Positions 37,966 to 50,700 of a stretch of DNA of 64,000 nucleotides are shown piece after piece. The position numbers and the translations under genes were made by a program. Position 1 is the first letter of the stretch; the number at the start of each line of letters is the position of its first letter. Under the pieces are notes generated by a model. It was not told the DNA's origin. It worked only from the letters and a program-made list of their open reading frames with translations, and did no database searches. The DNA comes from Protoeuglena noctilucae (taxonomy: Eukaryota): assembly GCA_958009085.1 (NCBI GenBank), contig OY253672.1:558001-622000 (forward strand), given 5' to 3'.

Positions 37966-40900
37966 ATGGACACGCTCCTCACGCGAAAGTTGAACTGCTG
38001 CGGCTATGCCGTCCCGATCCGGAGAATCATCCGGTGGGTGTGGGCCGCCGTCGCGCTGGTGAGTTGCAGCGAGCGATGCGCGCGCCACCCTGCGCGAAGA
38101 GCTCGACGGGCGGCCGCGCAGGGTCCCCGAGGGCGGTCCCCCGTCTATGCCCCCCGCGCTTCGACAGGGCACGGGACTGTGCGCCTCATTCGCCCCCTCA
38201 AACTCCTCCTCTGCTTCGTCGCAGGCTGTGGTGTTCACGCTGCCCTTGACGATATGGGAGTTTCGCAAGTGAGGGCGCACGCGACGCTGCGGACTCTTTC
38301 CTGAATTCCACGCGGCCCGGTCCCCCCTATCGCATTTGCACATCGATGCAGTATCGGCGTGCGCCAGCGATCGCAGTTTCCGCCTCCTCCCCTCCCCTCG
38401 ATCGCCGGCGCGGCCGAGAATGCGTCGCGTTTGTCCCGAGCCCCGCCCGCAGCGGCTCTCTGCCCCGCAGCGCGGCTCTTGCGCGTCCATCGGACCGTTC
38501 ATCGCCTTTCCGACCCCCGCAGCGAGGGGTACAGCGCCCACTACCAGGCCTGGTTCGTGGCGGGCCTTTTCGTCATGCTCGCCATCCCCGTCACCGTCTA
38601 CGAAGTCTCCCTGGCGAGTCGGCGCCCGAATGCGATGATACGTTATTGCCACTCCAACGCCGCCCACTTTGGCACTCTTCATACCTCATAGCTAGGTTAG
38701 CCGGGCCTACGCAAGCACCTCGCTCGTATCGACGCTTGTACCCATGCTTGTATGCAGCACTACGTGTACTTCACCAAGCCCCACCTCCAGCGCCACGTCA
38801 TCCGCATCCTGCTCATGGTCCCCGTGCACGCCATCGCGTCCTGGATTTCCCTCCGCTTCATCTCGCCCCACATATGGCTGGCGGCCATTCGGGACTGTTA
38901 CGAGGCCTTTGTGATTTACTCCTTCTTCATGTACCTCGTGAATTACCTCCAGGAGGTCCTCCCCGACGGCCGCATGGAGGCCTTCTTCGCCGACCTGGGC
39001 CAAGTCGGCCACCTCTTCCCCATGTCGCTGGCACCCCAGTGGTTTGCGCCCATCCCAGGCACGGACTACCTCAAGTGGACCAAGCGCCGCGTCATGGCCT
39101 ACGTCGTCGTGCGACCCATACTGGTGACACCTTGAGAAGCTTGCCGGCTTGAGAAGAGACGCCGGGCATCGCTCACTGTGGCCCTAGTTGGGACACCGAG
39201 TGCGCCGCAGAGCCACGTGCTGACAATCCAGCACCACTGTGTACCTCAAAGCACGTTCTTGCTGTCCCCGCAGACGCTCGTGGCCATCACGGCGATGGTG
39301 TTTAAGGTGTATGGGGAGGGCCACATGTCGCTGCATGGGGTGTACGCCTACGTCGCCTTCACCAACACCATCACGCAGGCGCTCGCCCTCTACGCCCTCA
39401 TCCTCTTCTACCACACCACGCGACACGAGCTCGCGCCCATCCGCCCGCTCGCCAAGGTGGGGGAGGGGCTTGCCTGGGCGCGTGTTGGCGTGATAGATGG
39501 GCGGCATGGGTGCCGCCAACCTCCTGGTCCTGCATTACAGCCACTGTCACGTCCGCCAGGTGGGTGTCTCAAACCTCCTCACCCTTCCTGTTCGCAGTTC
39601 GTCTGCATCAAGGCCATCGTCTTCTTCACTTTCTGGCAGGGCGTGGCCATCTCGATTCTGGCGGCCGTCGGGGCGGTCAACCCCACCAGCAGCTGGAACA
39701 CCTACGATGCCCGGGACGTGGCCAATGGCCTGCAGGACTTCCTGGTCTGCATCGAAATGCTCGTGGCGGCCGTCGCGCACGCATTTGTCTTCTCTCCTCG
39801 AGACTATTACACCGACACCCCGCCGCCCAACCGGGGGCTCCTGGGCAACATAAGGGAGATGCTTGACTGGGGCGACGTGTGGGAGGACGCCACGAGAAAC
39901 GTCGCGGACTATGCGCAGGAGACGCAGAGAGAGGTGAGAAAGGGGTGTGAGAAAGGGGATGGGGAGGGTGTGGGAGGGGGTGCGCGACACTGGGCTGTGA
40001 GCAAGGGTGGTACAGGAGATGAGAGAGAGACAGCAGCTACTGTGGTGCAGAAGAAGCGACAAGCACACCTTGCGACTTATTCCAATGCAGATAACGAACT
40101 CGCTCCGGGTGTTTGGCAAGCAAGTGGGGCGCGGGGTCAAGGCGGCCGTCGCGATGCCCGTGACGGTCATGCGGGGGGTACTGCCCAACCAGGCGAGGAT
40201 CCCTTTACTGCGCTGTGCGATGCCGGTCACTATGTGGTTGTACTGACTTTCATGGCTAACGTCAGCCCCATGCACCCCGCATGCCAGCACTAGCTAGGGG
40301 CCGCAGCAGTCCTCGGTCAGGACTCTGCGATCGATCTACAAACAGGCGCTATCAACCATTGGCTAACCCTATCACATGTTTCGCAGGGCTACCACGGCGC
40401 GGGCTTCCGTTCCGTTCCCAACTATGACGATGCCATGGAGCAAAGGGGTCTGACGGCACCAGAAGATGAGGGCGAGGTGCGGGGTGACGCCAGCGGCCCG
40501 GGGACGCCCCGGGAGCGGTCGGAGAGCGCAGGCAGGGCGGGCGGTGAGGCCAGCACACGGCGGGGTGCGTCCCAGAGCGGGGCGTTGAGCGCGGGGAGTG
40601 CGCGGTCGCGCGGCAGGTCGGGCCCAAGCGACGGGCGGAGCGACGAGGGACAGGACAGGACGGGGGAGTGGGATGCGGAGCAGGGAGGGGGCAGGAAGGG
40701 CGCGGGGGCGGCGGGGGTGGCGGGGTTGAGAGGGCGGGGCGCGGGGCGGCTGGGCGAGGGGTCGCGGGGGGGCCTGGGGCCGAAGCGTGGGCGGCAGTGG
40801 GGCGCGGAAGGGGCGGACGTGGATGGGCGGCATCGGCCATTGATGGGGTCGACGGACGGATTGGAACCCGTGGTGCCGCAAGACAACAGCTCTGCTCGGG

Positions 40901-41097
40901 GAGAGGGGCTGTCGGGGCAGCCGGGGCTTGTGGATGGCGCGGGGAGGGGAGCGGCGGGCGTGGCGGGGGCGGCGGGGCTGAGCCAACCTGACGCGCGTCA
41001 GGATGCGCCAGAATGGCTGAGGTCCTCCGGGGGCACCCCAAGGCCGGCGTCGGCGCAGGGTTTGCTGAGTTTGAGCCCCAAGAAGGCCCCTGAGTGA
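37966..41097 (+). CDS. TMEM184/LAZ1-like (organic solute transporter alpha family) membrane protein
   Basis: WFVAGLFV, LQRHVIRILLMVPVHAI, IRDCYEAFVIYSFF, ALYALILFY, PLAK|FVCIKAIVFFTFWQG and LQDFLVCIEMLVAAVAHAFVF. Confidence 0.93.
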
Positions 41098-41258
41098 AGG
41101 CGTGTACCAGGCGCGAGGGCAAGTCTCTTGCCGCCGGCAATTGCTGCCCCCGCGGTCTCACTCGATTGAATTGACGCGTAGGATTAAGCTGTACTAGCTC
41201 CACAAACGGTGGAAACGCATGGTGACAGGCGCTCAACCCTGCCCTTGTGATAACCCCG

Positions 41259-42873
41259 TCATGCAGCCTTGGCCTGGGCCTGTGCGGTGGAGGGCGGGAT
41301 GCCGACCCCCGTGTTGATGATGCGAAGCAGCCAGAGGTTGATCGTCAGGGACACGAAATGGGAGAGGACCGTGTTGGTGCACGCCTGCAAGAACAAGAGC
41401 TCGATGATTGAGAGCACTCTTGGGAGCTGGACCCCCCTCCACACACAAGCGCCCCGCCAGTCTCGCTTTGCGTCCCCTTGCTGCCCCGTTGCTGGCACAT
41501 CACACCTGCACCAGAAACACGTCGAGCGCCAGAACGGGGCTCCAGGAGCCCTGGGCCCCCGCCAGGAAAGGGTTGGTGGTGGCGGACGTCAGCGTCTTGG
41601 CCACCAGGAGCCCGACCGTGGCCTGAAGCCCCAGCTGCGTTGGGCAAACGGGGGCACACAGTCACACCGGTGTTGTGCCTTCGCGCCGGTGCGCACCGCG
41701 CTGCCAAGCGCCCTCCGCTCCGACACGCATGAGTCTTGGAACTGAGGCATTACAAGTCACGACACCGGCATGACTTCAAGCAACGCTGGAAGGGCCATGG
41801 AAACGGGGCTCACCAGCGTCGACCCGCACCCCAGGATGTTGATGAGGGACCCGAAGGTAAGCCGCGACGTGACGTCCTCCCGCGTGACCTCCCGGACGTC
41901 CCCCGTCACCCGCGACCCCTCCAGGCTGGCCAGGAACCGGAAGAGCGTGCGCGAGAGCCGCGTGTACCCAAACGCCCAGAACACTGCGGGACGAGGCACG
42001 GGGCAGTTTGCCACTCGCAACGGGAGGCAGCACCCGAGGCAAGAGAGCACTGCCGTGTCCTCGTATTCGGACAGCACAATGCCGTTGATGTCCCGACCCA
42101 ACCACGCAGGGCTGCGGCAGCCACCTGAGACGGTGCCCGCAACGATGCCGAACATCGTGAAGCCAAGGGTGAGGTTCTGGGAGGTCTCGCGGGTGAATGC
42201 GATGGAGAAGATGGTGATGACGATGGACACGATGCAGAGACTGCGGCAGGGGAGGGGCGCGCGTGGGCGACCGACGGGTCATTACGAGTGCAAGCGCGTC
42301 ACGTCCCTGCGGCCCAGGCACACGGGGTGCGGAGCGACTGTCGGCACTCACGCGAGCTGGCTCCAGAAAGCGACCCATCTGCGGGACAAGAACGCGGTCG
42401 GACTTTCTGGCTGCGTCGCGCTGGCGGGCCTCTGTGGGCGCGCGGCCGACGGTGGGGACCCATGGCTCACCCTAGCCGGCGAAGCGACTCGGCGGCGCGG
42501 CGCAGATTCGTCCTCCCCGCCTCTCCCAGACGGCTCTTGCCTGCGACGATGGAACCAAGGGGCCGCCGTCGCGCGGCGCGGAGGAGTGGGACGACGAACG
42601 ACCCGCTTCGGGCTCCGAACTAATCGGCGCGCGATGTCAGGCGGAGGACGCACCCGCAGCTTCCGCGTGCACACGCACATCCGCCTCGCGCCGCGCGGTC
42701 CCGGGAGCGCCAGCCCCCGCGCCGAGCAACCCCCGACCGTGTTGCACCAGCGACGGGGCAGCGCGCGTCGGCCGCGCCACGCCCGTCGCCACCGCGTCAC
42801 CACGCGATTTCTGCGCGACACCCGATGCCACACGCGGGCGCACCGGTGGCAAGGCGGCGCGGAGAGTGAGCAT
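41259..42873 (-). CDS. TIC21: Chloroplast inner-envelope protein TIC21/PIC1
   Basis: Transit peptide, LRRLG|WVAFWSQLA, FWAFGYTRLS, INILGCGSTL|LGLQATVGLLVAKTLT and PVLALDVFLVQ|ACTNTVLSHFVSL. Confidence 0.9.
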
Positions 42874-42984
42874 CGCGCGGTGATGAGGGTGCGGAGATGG
42901 GAGGGACGCGACCGCAGCTATAGGGGGAATGAGGACCCGCGGGGTGTCAGCGCGCAGTGGTCCTGCCTAATCGCTGTATTTCGC

Positions 42985-45900
42985 ATGCAGGGGGCGACCT
43001 TGCGCTCAAGCGGACGAGAGCTGTTTCTGACGGCCAGCGCCCGACCGAGTTCCATGGCGAAATCGCGGCGGTATTCTCGCCACTTTCATGCATGGGAACC
43101 GGACTCGGCATTTGCTGGCGCTTTCGACCTCGTTTCGCTTTTTGAGCGCACCCGCGGTCTTCTGCGTTTCGTGGGCCTTCCGAGTGGGCGAAACTACGAG
43201 CATTGGCGGAACTCGTGGGCGGCGTGATGGCAGAGGCCCTCGCTGGGCAGCAGAGGTGGGTCCTCGGGTGCAGTTCGCTCCCGTGTCCCGTGGGCGCCCT
43301 CCCCCGCGACGCAGGTTCCCTGTGGTTATTCCGTCACTGAGATTGGTTCATATGGCAAGCGCCTGTGGCTCCTCTCCCCCAGGGCGTGCCTCACGCAGCC
43401 AGAGCAGGGTGTGAAGAACGACGGGTGGGACAATGAGCACTCGGACCTCATTATACACGTCGGCGACGTCATGGAGAGCAGCTCCGGCAAGAGGTAGGTC
43501 GCCCGAGGGGCACCCCACGGTCCGTTGACTTGCGCCCCATGCTTTCTGCGTGGCCGCGGCCCTGGGCGCTCGCTGCGCGGGGCTCAGCGCACCGCGGAAC
43601 ACGTCACTATGTGTGGCATGCGTGGGGGCTTTCTCGAGGGGCGGGGGGTCCCCACCGTGCAGGCTAGGCCGATGCGCTCGGCGGGAACGTGCGGCCTCGG
43701 CGCGTTTGCTCGCTCCTGCGGCGCGGAACGCGCTGGAGGACGCCTGTTCGCACGCGCTGCGCAGGTACGTGGTGAAGGACGTGCTCGGCTCGGGGACCTT
43801 TGGGCAGGTGGTGCGATGCACGTGCGAGACGGGAGGCGAAACGGTGGCCGTCAAGGTCATCAAAAACCTCCCGGCGTACTACCAGCAGGTGCTCGTCCGT
43901 GCCGGCACTCGCCGCGCGCTCCAGGCCGCCCGGGGGCAGCCAGGCCAAATGCCGCACCGACTGCCCCTCGTGCGCAGGCTCGGATCGAGGTGGGGGTCTT
44001 GCAGCTGCTGAACCAGCGCCACGACCCTCACGACAAGCACCACGTCGTGCGGATGCTCGACTACTTCGTCCACCGGCGGCACCTCTGCATCGTCTTCGAG
44101 CTCCTTTCCGTCAACCTCTACGACCTAATTCGGCACAACCGCTTCCGCGGCCTGTCCATGAACCTCCTGCGGGTCTTCCTGCGGCAGATCCTCGCGGCCC
44201 TCGTCGTCATGCGCGACGCGTCCATCATCCACTGCGACCTCAAGCCTGAGAACGTGCTCTTGCGGTCCCTGAACTCCGGCGAGGTCAAGGTCATCGACTT
44301 CGGCTCGGCGTGCTTCGAGGGCCGCACCGTCTACTCCTACATCCAGTCCCGATTCTACCGCTCGCCCGAGGTCGTCCTCCGCCACCCCTACACGGCCGCC
44401 ATCGACGTCTGGTCGTTAGGGTGCATGGCCACGGAGCTCTTCCTGGGGCTGCCCCTCTTCCCAGGTGTGAGATGGGTGTGAGATGGACATGATTACTGTT
44501 GTTCTGGCCCATTCACTGTTCTGGTTCGATCCCCGCGGACCGCACCCGTCGCCGCTCGGCGTGCGCTCCATCTTCGCGGGTGGCGACACCGGTTGGGCTA
44601 ACCTGGGAGTCTCTGCCCTTTCGCAGGGGCGTCGGAGCACGATCTCCTGGGCCGCATCGTGGACATGCTGGGCTTCCCTCCCGACCTGGTCCTGATGGCT
44701 GCCAAGAGCACGTCCAAGTATTTCCAGCGGGGCGAGGACGGGTGGTGGAGGATGTTCACCCGGCAGGAGTTTGAGCAGCGGACGGGGCAGAAGGCGCCGC
44801 AGGGGAAGCGCTACTTCAAGCACGACAAGCTGCCCGACATCATCGCCTCCTATCCCTACCGACCGGGCCTGACGGAGGCAGGCGAGTGGTTGCCATCCGT
44901 ACCCTCGTGGGGTGTCTTCGGGCACTGGCCTGCACCCGCAGCTGCCCCCGCGCGATGTTTGCACCAACGCGCCGCCCTCTGCTCCGCCGCGCAGCTCTCG
45001 CGAAGGAGAAGGAGCAGCGGCACGCGTTCCTGGACCTCTTGCGTGGTCTGCTGGATTTGGACCCCAAGACGCGGTGGACACCTCGGCAGGCCTCCCAGCA
45101 CCCCTTCATCACCGGCCAGCCCTTCACCGCCCCCTTCACGCCCGCCCCCGACGTCCCTGCTGCCCAGCGCGGCATCCCCATCGGCGCAGTGCCAGAGCAA
45201 GCGCAGCGGCAGGACACGCATGCGGAGGCCTCCACGAGTGGATTTGCGCTCATGTCATGGCCGGGGCCGGGGATGGTCCCGCAGCATTCGCCGATCGCGG
45301 CGACCTTCCTGGAGGCGTCGCCCAACACCCAGGCCCAGGCGCTGGCCACCGTGCAGAGCGCGCTGCGGGTGCAGCAGCACGGGGCGGTGCCAGTGGGCGT
45401 GCACGGGTCGGGGCTGGCCGGGGGCGTGGCGGGTGGGCAAGGGCCAGGGGCCCACGGCGGCACGGGCCCCATATCGATCCCATCGCTGCACGACGGCGCC
45501 CTGGCCGCATCGTTGGCCATGTCGGTCCCCGTCCATGGGGGCCTGGCGGCACAGATGCACATGCAAGCGGGCCACGTGCCGATGGCGTCGTCGGGCGCCG
45601 TCGCTGCCACGCCTAACCTGGGCATGACGCCCAGCACAATGGTGAGGGCTTGCGACAGTCGTGCTGTGACATGAATGTGCTGCAGTGGCGTGTGCCTGCC
45701 CCTGTGCGGCGCTACTACTCCTCACGTCGTCCCCGGTGCCCTGCCCTGTCTCTCAGAACGCGCTGGCCATGCACGTGGCGGGTTTCGAGAACTCCCCATC
45801 CATGAGGGGCGCAGGGCCCGTCGCTTCGTCGCACATGTCGCCTGGGTCCTTCCCAGGGGGCATGGTGGTGGGGTCCTACGGCCTCACGGGCCCGCACATC

Positions 45901-46915
45901 AGTGAGGGCGCGCCGGGCAATGCGCAGATGGCCGGTCAAAGAACGCTTGGTGCTAGTCGTCTAATCCGCCTGCCTCCCGCGGCCCGCAGTGTCCCCACTC
46001 AACACGCAGGGGGCGGCTGCGCTGGCTGCAGCGGCGGCGCAGCAGGGAAACACGTCCCTGCACTTCACGCGCGTCCCACCGGCACCCGGGGTGCGTCGCG
46101 AGTCGCGCATTGAGCCCCGCATGCCCGCTCGACGCGATTGCGTCGCTGTGCCTGGCAGGGGTCGCGTCCCACCGTTCCCTCGCGCCGTCCCGCCGCAGGC
46201 CGTCGGCAGCGCGGGCGTCCCCGCCGTCTACTTCCCTGCCAACCGCGTCCCTGGGTCGGTGCCGTCCTCCGGCTTTGTAGTGTCCCAAGGCGTCCCGGTC
46301 GCCCTGGCCCCGGCCGTGATCCCCTCACGTGGCGGTGGGCTTTAGCACCGGGGAGGCGACGGCGGTGCTCCCGCCTCTGGGGGAGGGGTCGGTACCCTCT
46401 GCCCCGCGGAGCTCGGGGGTGGGCCTGGCCGCCAGCCGCGGCACGAGCAACCAGGGGACGCCCGTGGTGGCCGCCGCCATGGACACGACGCCGTCGCCGG
46501 ACCCGGGGGAGTGGAACCCCTTCTACTCCGAATCGGAGCTGCTGACGGGAGACCAGGGCGGCCAGGGTGGCGCAGCGGGGCCCATGCCGGCGCAGGTGGG
46601 TGGGGGTCGACTGGGCCGAGCGAGCCCGGCTGGCTGCTGAGAGAGGCTGACTGCTCTTGTAACTACCTGCCCCTGGGTCCTCTCTCGCAGGCGCCCGTCT
46701 CGCCGCAGTGGGCGATGGCGAGGGTCGCCCCACCGGGGGGGCCCCTCGGGTTCGCGGCGCCGAGCGGGCCTGGGTTCCCAGTCCCCTGGCACCCCGGGCC
46801 GCTCCCGCTGACGCAGAAGGGGCAGCTGTCGGCGCACATGAGCGCTGCCCAGCCGTCGCACCTGGGCCAGCCCTCGAGCACGCAGGACGGCGTGGATGCG
46901 GCGATGGAGGAGTAG
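42985..46915 (+). CDS. YAK1: DYRK-family kinase of the Yak1 subfamily (TAR1-like), with a long low-complexity C-terminus
   Basis: GVKNDGWDNEHSDLII, LGSGTFGQV, VAVKVIK, IIHCDLKPEN, IDFGSAC, YSYIQSRFYRSPE and the C-terminal PDPGEWNPFYS. The 5' exons and start codon are uncertain. Confidence 0.93.
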
Positions 46916-47739
46916 GAGCGGCCGTGGCGCGGCGCACAAGCCTCCGTGGGCGTTCGCGGGCTGTCGCCGTCTTCGAATGTCGTCTCCGTGCCGGCCATTC
47001 GTTGAATCGGAGCGCACATTGCTCGCGCTTTCCGACTGATGTCAGCCAGGGCGGACGCGCTGGCCGACGTGGGGCGCGGGGCATGTCGCTGGAGAGAAGT
47101 CGGATCGTCAGGAAGAAATGCCTCGGCACAGGTGTCCCGGCCCGCGGTTTTGACTCGACCAGCCCGAGTCAGGCCAGCTCTGTCGTGCCAACGCATCCAA
47201 GTGACGCGTCGATGTTGCATCCCCATCGAGAATGCTTGCCTCTGTTTGCATTGGGCGGATGCTCCGGTGCCCGTTGCTGACTCCTCGAGCAGGGGACCCC
47301 GAGGGACGCTCTCTAAGCCGCACTAAGCCTTGCGGACGCCTCCGCTAGCCCCTACCCCCTTCTCATTGGCCGAACGTCGCTTGCCCGGTTCCCTACACAT
47401 GGCCGCGCTCAGCGCTGGAGCCGTGGCTTGCTAGCCCAGCCCAACGAAGGCAGGCAGGCCCCCAACTAATTGCTGCGTTCCTCTTGATAATTTAGTTCTC
47501 CCGCTGCGCATCGTTTTCGCCCGTGGTCGCTGGGTGGTCGGCCTGAGGGTGCCTCCCCGTCTCTCCACCGCGGGCGCTCCTCCGGCTGTCGTGGGAGCCT
47601 GTGCACTCGAAGAGTGCATCGCGCGCCCAGCACCGGTGGGTTCGGAGGAAGATCCCTGCCACGACGGGCAGCCGAGGCCCCGTGGGGCCGTTCCCCGGCC
47701 CGTTCCACGGCGTTCGTCGCTGAGACGCATTCCTGAGGG

Positions 47740-50700
47740 ATGTCTTTGCGACTCCTCGTCTCCGCCCTGGGCTTGTCCTGGACGGGGTGGGCGATCGTCG
47801 TCGGGGTCGTGTGCAAGGGGGCCCAGGCCGCTGTGCAGTGGCGCGCCGGGGCCCCGCAGCCCCACCATGAGGTCCGGTCGATGGACGTAAATCAGGGGTT
47901 GTACACGGGGGGCGTGGACGCCGAGGGCCGGCCCCACGGGCTGGGCGTCCTGCGGGCAGGCGCTGCGGTCTATGAGGGAGGTGAGCATGGCGGGCCCCCG
48001 CCGCGAGATGGCGCCTTCGGGGGACCTTGCCGAGCGCCCCCGCGATGCCTGGCGTTCCGATCCTGCGATCGCGCGCCGCAGCCCGCCGCAGCGCAGCCGC
48101 GAGACGCTGCGGGCGCCCGTCACTCGCAGAATTCGAGCACGGCCTGCGGCAGGGACGGGGGCGCCTCCAGGAGGCATTCGAGGCCACCGTGTACTCGGGG
48201 GACTGGAACGGAGACGTGCGTTCGGGTTTCGGCTGCTGGCACGTGCGATCGGAGGCGGCCGGGTTCGGAGGGCACTGCGGGCTGTGGGGCTTCGACCTGC
48301 CGCAGGGCTGCGGCACGCGGTGGAACGAGCTCGAGAGCACGACCGGGAGCGAAGTCGCTAACGTGAGGCCACACTGTTGCGCGCATCCGCACGCCGGCGC
48401 GCGCGCGCATGTCGGCGAGCGGAGAGCATGGTCTCTGCTGCGCAGTGGTCCGCCAACGAGGCCACGCCGCTGACGGACGCGGTCGAGACGGACGTATGCT
48501 GGAAGTTTGTGGAGCTCGCGAGGGAGGCAGAAGCGGAGGCGCTGCGCGTCGCCGAGTCTGCGACGTCCCTGGAAGCCGCGTGGAGGTGCGTGGCGCTCCG
48601 CGACGCGCCGGGGCCCTCCGCCGGCGCCGCGTACGCGTTTTGATGCCATCTCGCGTTGGACGAGCTGGGCGGACCGGTTCGACTCCCGCCCTCGCGCGCA
48701 GGGAGTGGGACGGGACGGACGACAACGGCCCCGCATGCCTGGCGCCCGCCCACGACTGCGCGCAGCCGCTCGCCGTGCGCGCGCTGCGGTTCGCGATCCG
48801 CGTCCTCAGCGCGGTGGCCGACGGGACGGCTGCCGTGACGTGGCAGAGCGTCGTGGTGGTCCTGGTGCTGGTGACGTCGGTCGTCCTGCCCATCCTGGCC
48901 TCGCAACCCAAGCGGAAGCGCGGGAAGGGTGCAGCCGGGAAGGACAAGCTCAAGCGCAAGATTTCCACGCTTAGGGACGCTTTCGCGGACGCCCTCAGGA
49001 GCCTGCGGACCGTCCCATGGTGCGTCCCACCTGGCCGTCCCTCGTTGCACGGCGCGCCCTGCTCCCTGCCGCCCCTGCCGCCGCCCGGGTCTCGCGCATC
49101 GCGCTCGTTTCCTGCAGCGAATTCACTGTCGCGTCTCCGCGCAGGTCCCCCGCGGGCATTGCGCACCGCGCGCTGTCGTCTGGGCAGGGCGTCCTGGCGG
49201 CCGTGGTCCCGAGCCTCTGCGCGGCAGCTAGCGCATCGGACGGCTCCACCATCGACTTCAGCGTCCCGGACAAGGATGTCGACGAGTTCTGCGCGCCCGT
49301 CCCGACCACGGGCATCCCGGGGCTGAAGCCCAGGCATCGGTGCGTGTTGGGTCGCGACGCTGCGCGCGTCTCTTGCGCATGGCAACCTCACCCCAACCGG
49401 TGTGCACGGCGTGCCCCCGAGCCGCTATCACCGTTGGCGCGTCCCCGCCCTTGGTTCGCAGGCACGACGCGGCGCAGCGGAAGGCGAACGGCGCCGTGCC
49501 GGCAGCGGGGCAGGCGGCACAGGAGGGTCGCCTGGATGGCGCATCAACGGGGGCCAAGGCCAGCTCGGGGGGCGCAGCCGCGAGGGACAGGGATCGCGCC
49601 GAGACGCATGCCGACGCGGAGCCCTGGGCCACGCCTCGCAACTCGGAGTCTGACGTGAGGGGCCCGTTTCTTACGCCACCTCCTGCCGCCCAGCGGCCTC
49701 CACGATTTCGACCTGACGCCCGCGTCGTGCGCCTTCCGTTCGTGCAGGGCCCGGTAGCCGCCGCTTCGGCAGACCCGCGGCGCTCGGCGGGGGCGGGGCC
49801 CTCTCCAGGCACGGAGGCGGCAGCCGGGGTCGGCGCAGGGGACGAGGAGCGGGGGCGCCGCAAGCGCCGGCGGGCTCGCAAGGGCCGCGGTCCCCACTCC
49901 CGATCGACCACGTCTTACGGGTCCCTCGACTTCCCCGGCACGCCGCCCGTGGATGGCAATGAGGACGATGAGGACGACGACGACGACGGCGGGGTGGCCG
50001 AGATGGTGCCCGCTGCACCGGCACGCACCACGGTGCCGCCCGGTGAGGCCGCTGCACGGGTGGCGAGCGCATCATTTCCTGGGCCGGGAGGCACGAGCTG
50101 GGTGGTGCATGCCGAGTTGCGTTTGTGACACCCGTCCCTGCCCTCTGGTCCCCGCAGTGCCCGGGCTCTCCCTAAGCCGCGTCAGCGCCCTCTGCGCGGA
50201 GGTCCACGCGGCGCCGGCCCCCGTGCCGCCTCCCCCGGGCCGCTGCGACGGCCGACGGCACCGCCCGACCCCCTCGGGTGGCACGGCGTCGACGTCGCTC
50301 ATGGGAGACCTCACGGAGGTGCGGGGCAGCGCGGCGCCCTGTTCACAACCTGTGTAATTCTATAGCAGACCCGTCGCGACTCGCTGGGTTCACGCACTGC
50401 CCCATGGGATGGGACGGGGTCCACTTGGCACGACATGCCATGTGTGACACCACCCTCTCTCCTCCCTCGCCCGCAGAGGTCGCGCGTGGCGTCGTGCTGC
50501 CGGGGACAGTCGCCGGACATGGCATCTCCTCGGGAGGCCCTCTCCCCGGACGCCTTCTCCCCAGCGCTCCTCAGCCCGACGGCCGCGCTTGGCCGCCCCG
50601 CGCCCGCACCGTACGTCTACGCCCCGGGCCACGTGTCCCACGGCCGGACGCTCAGCATGCCCGGCGCCGCGGCCTTCCCCGGGGCCTTCTTCAGCCCCCG

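Noticed and set aside
41770..43227. 485-aa + strand ORF
   Set aside because: It is antisense to TIC21 exons and introns and has no recognisable motifs. Only its 3' end may overlap the YAK1 first exon.
46198..46350. Apparent frameshift in the YAK1 C-terminal region
   Set aside because: It is resolved by a 90-nt GT-AG intron (46256-46345), which restores the frame to the conserved PDPGEWNPFYS motif.
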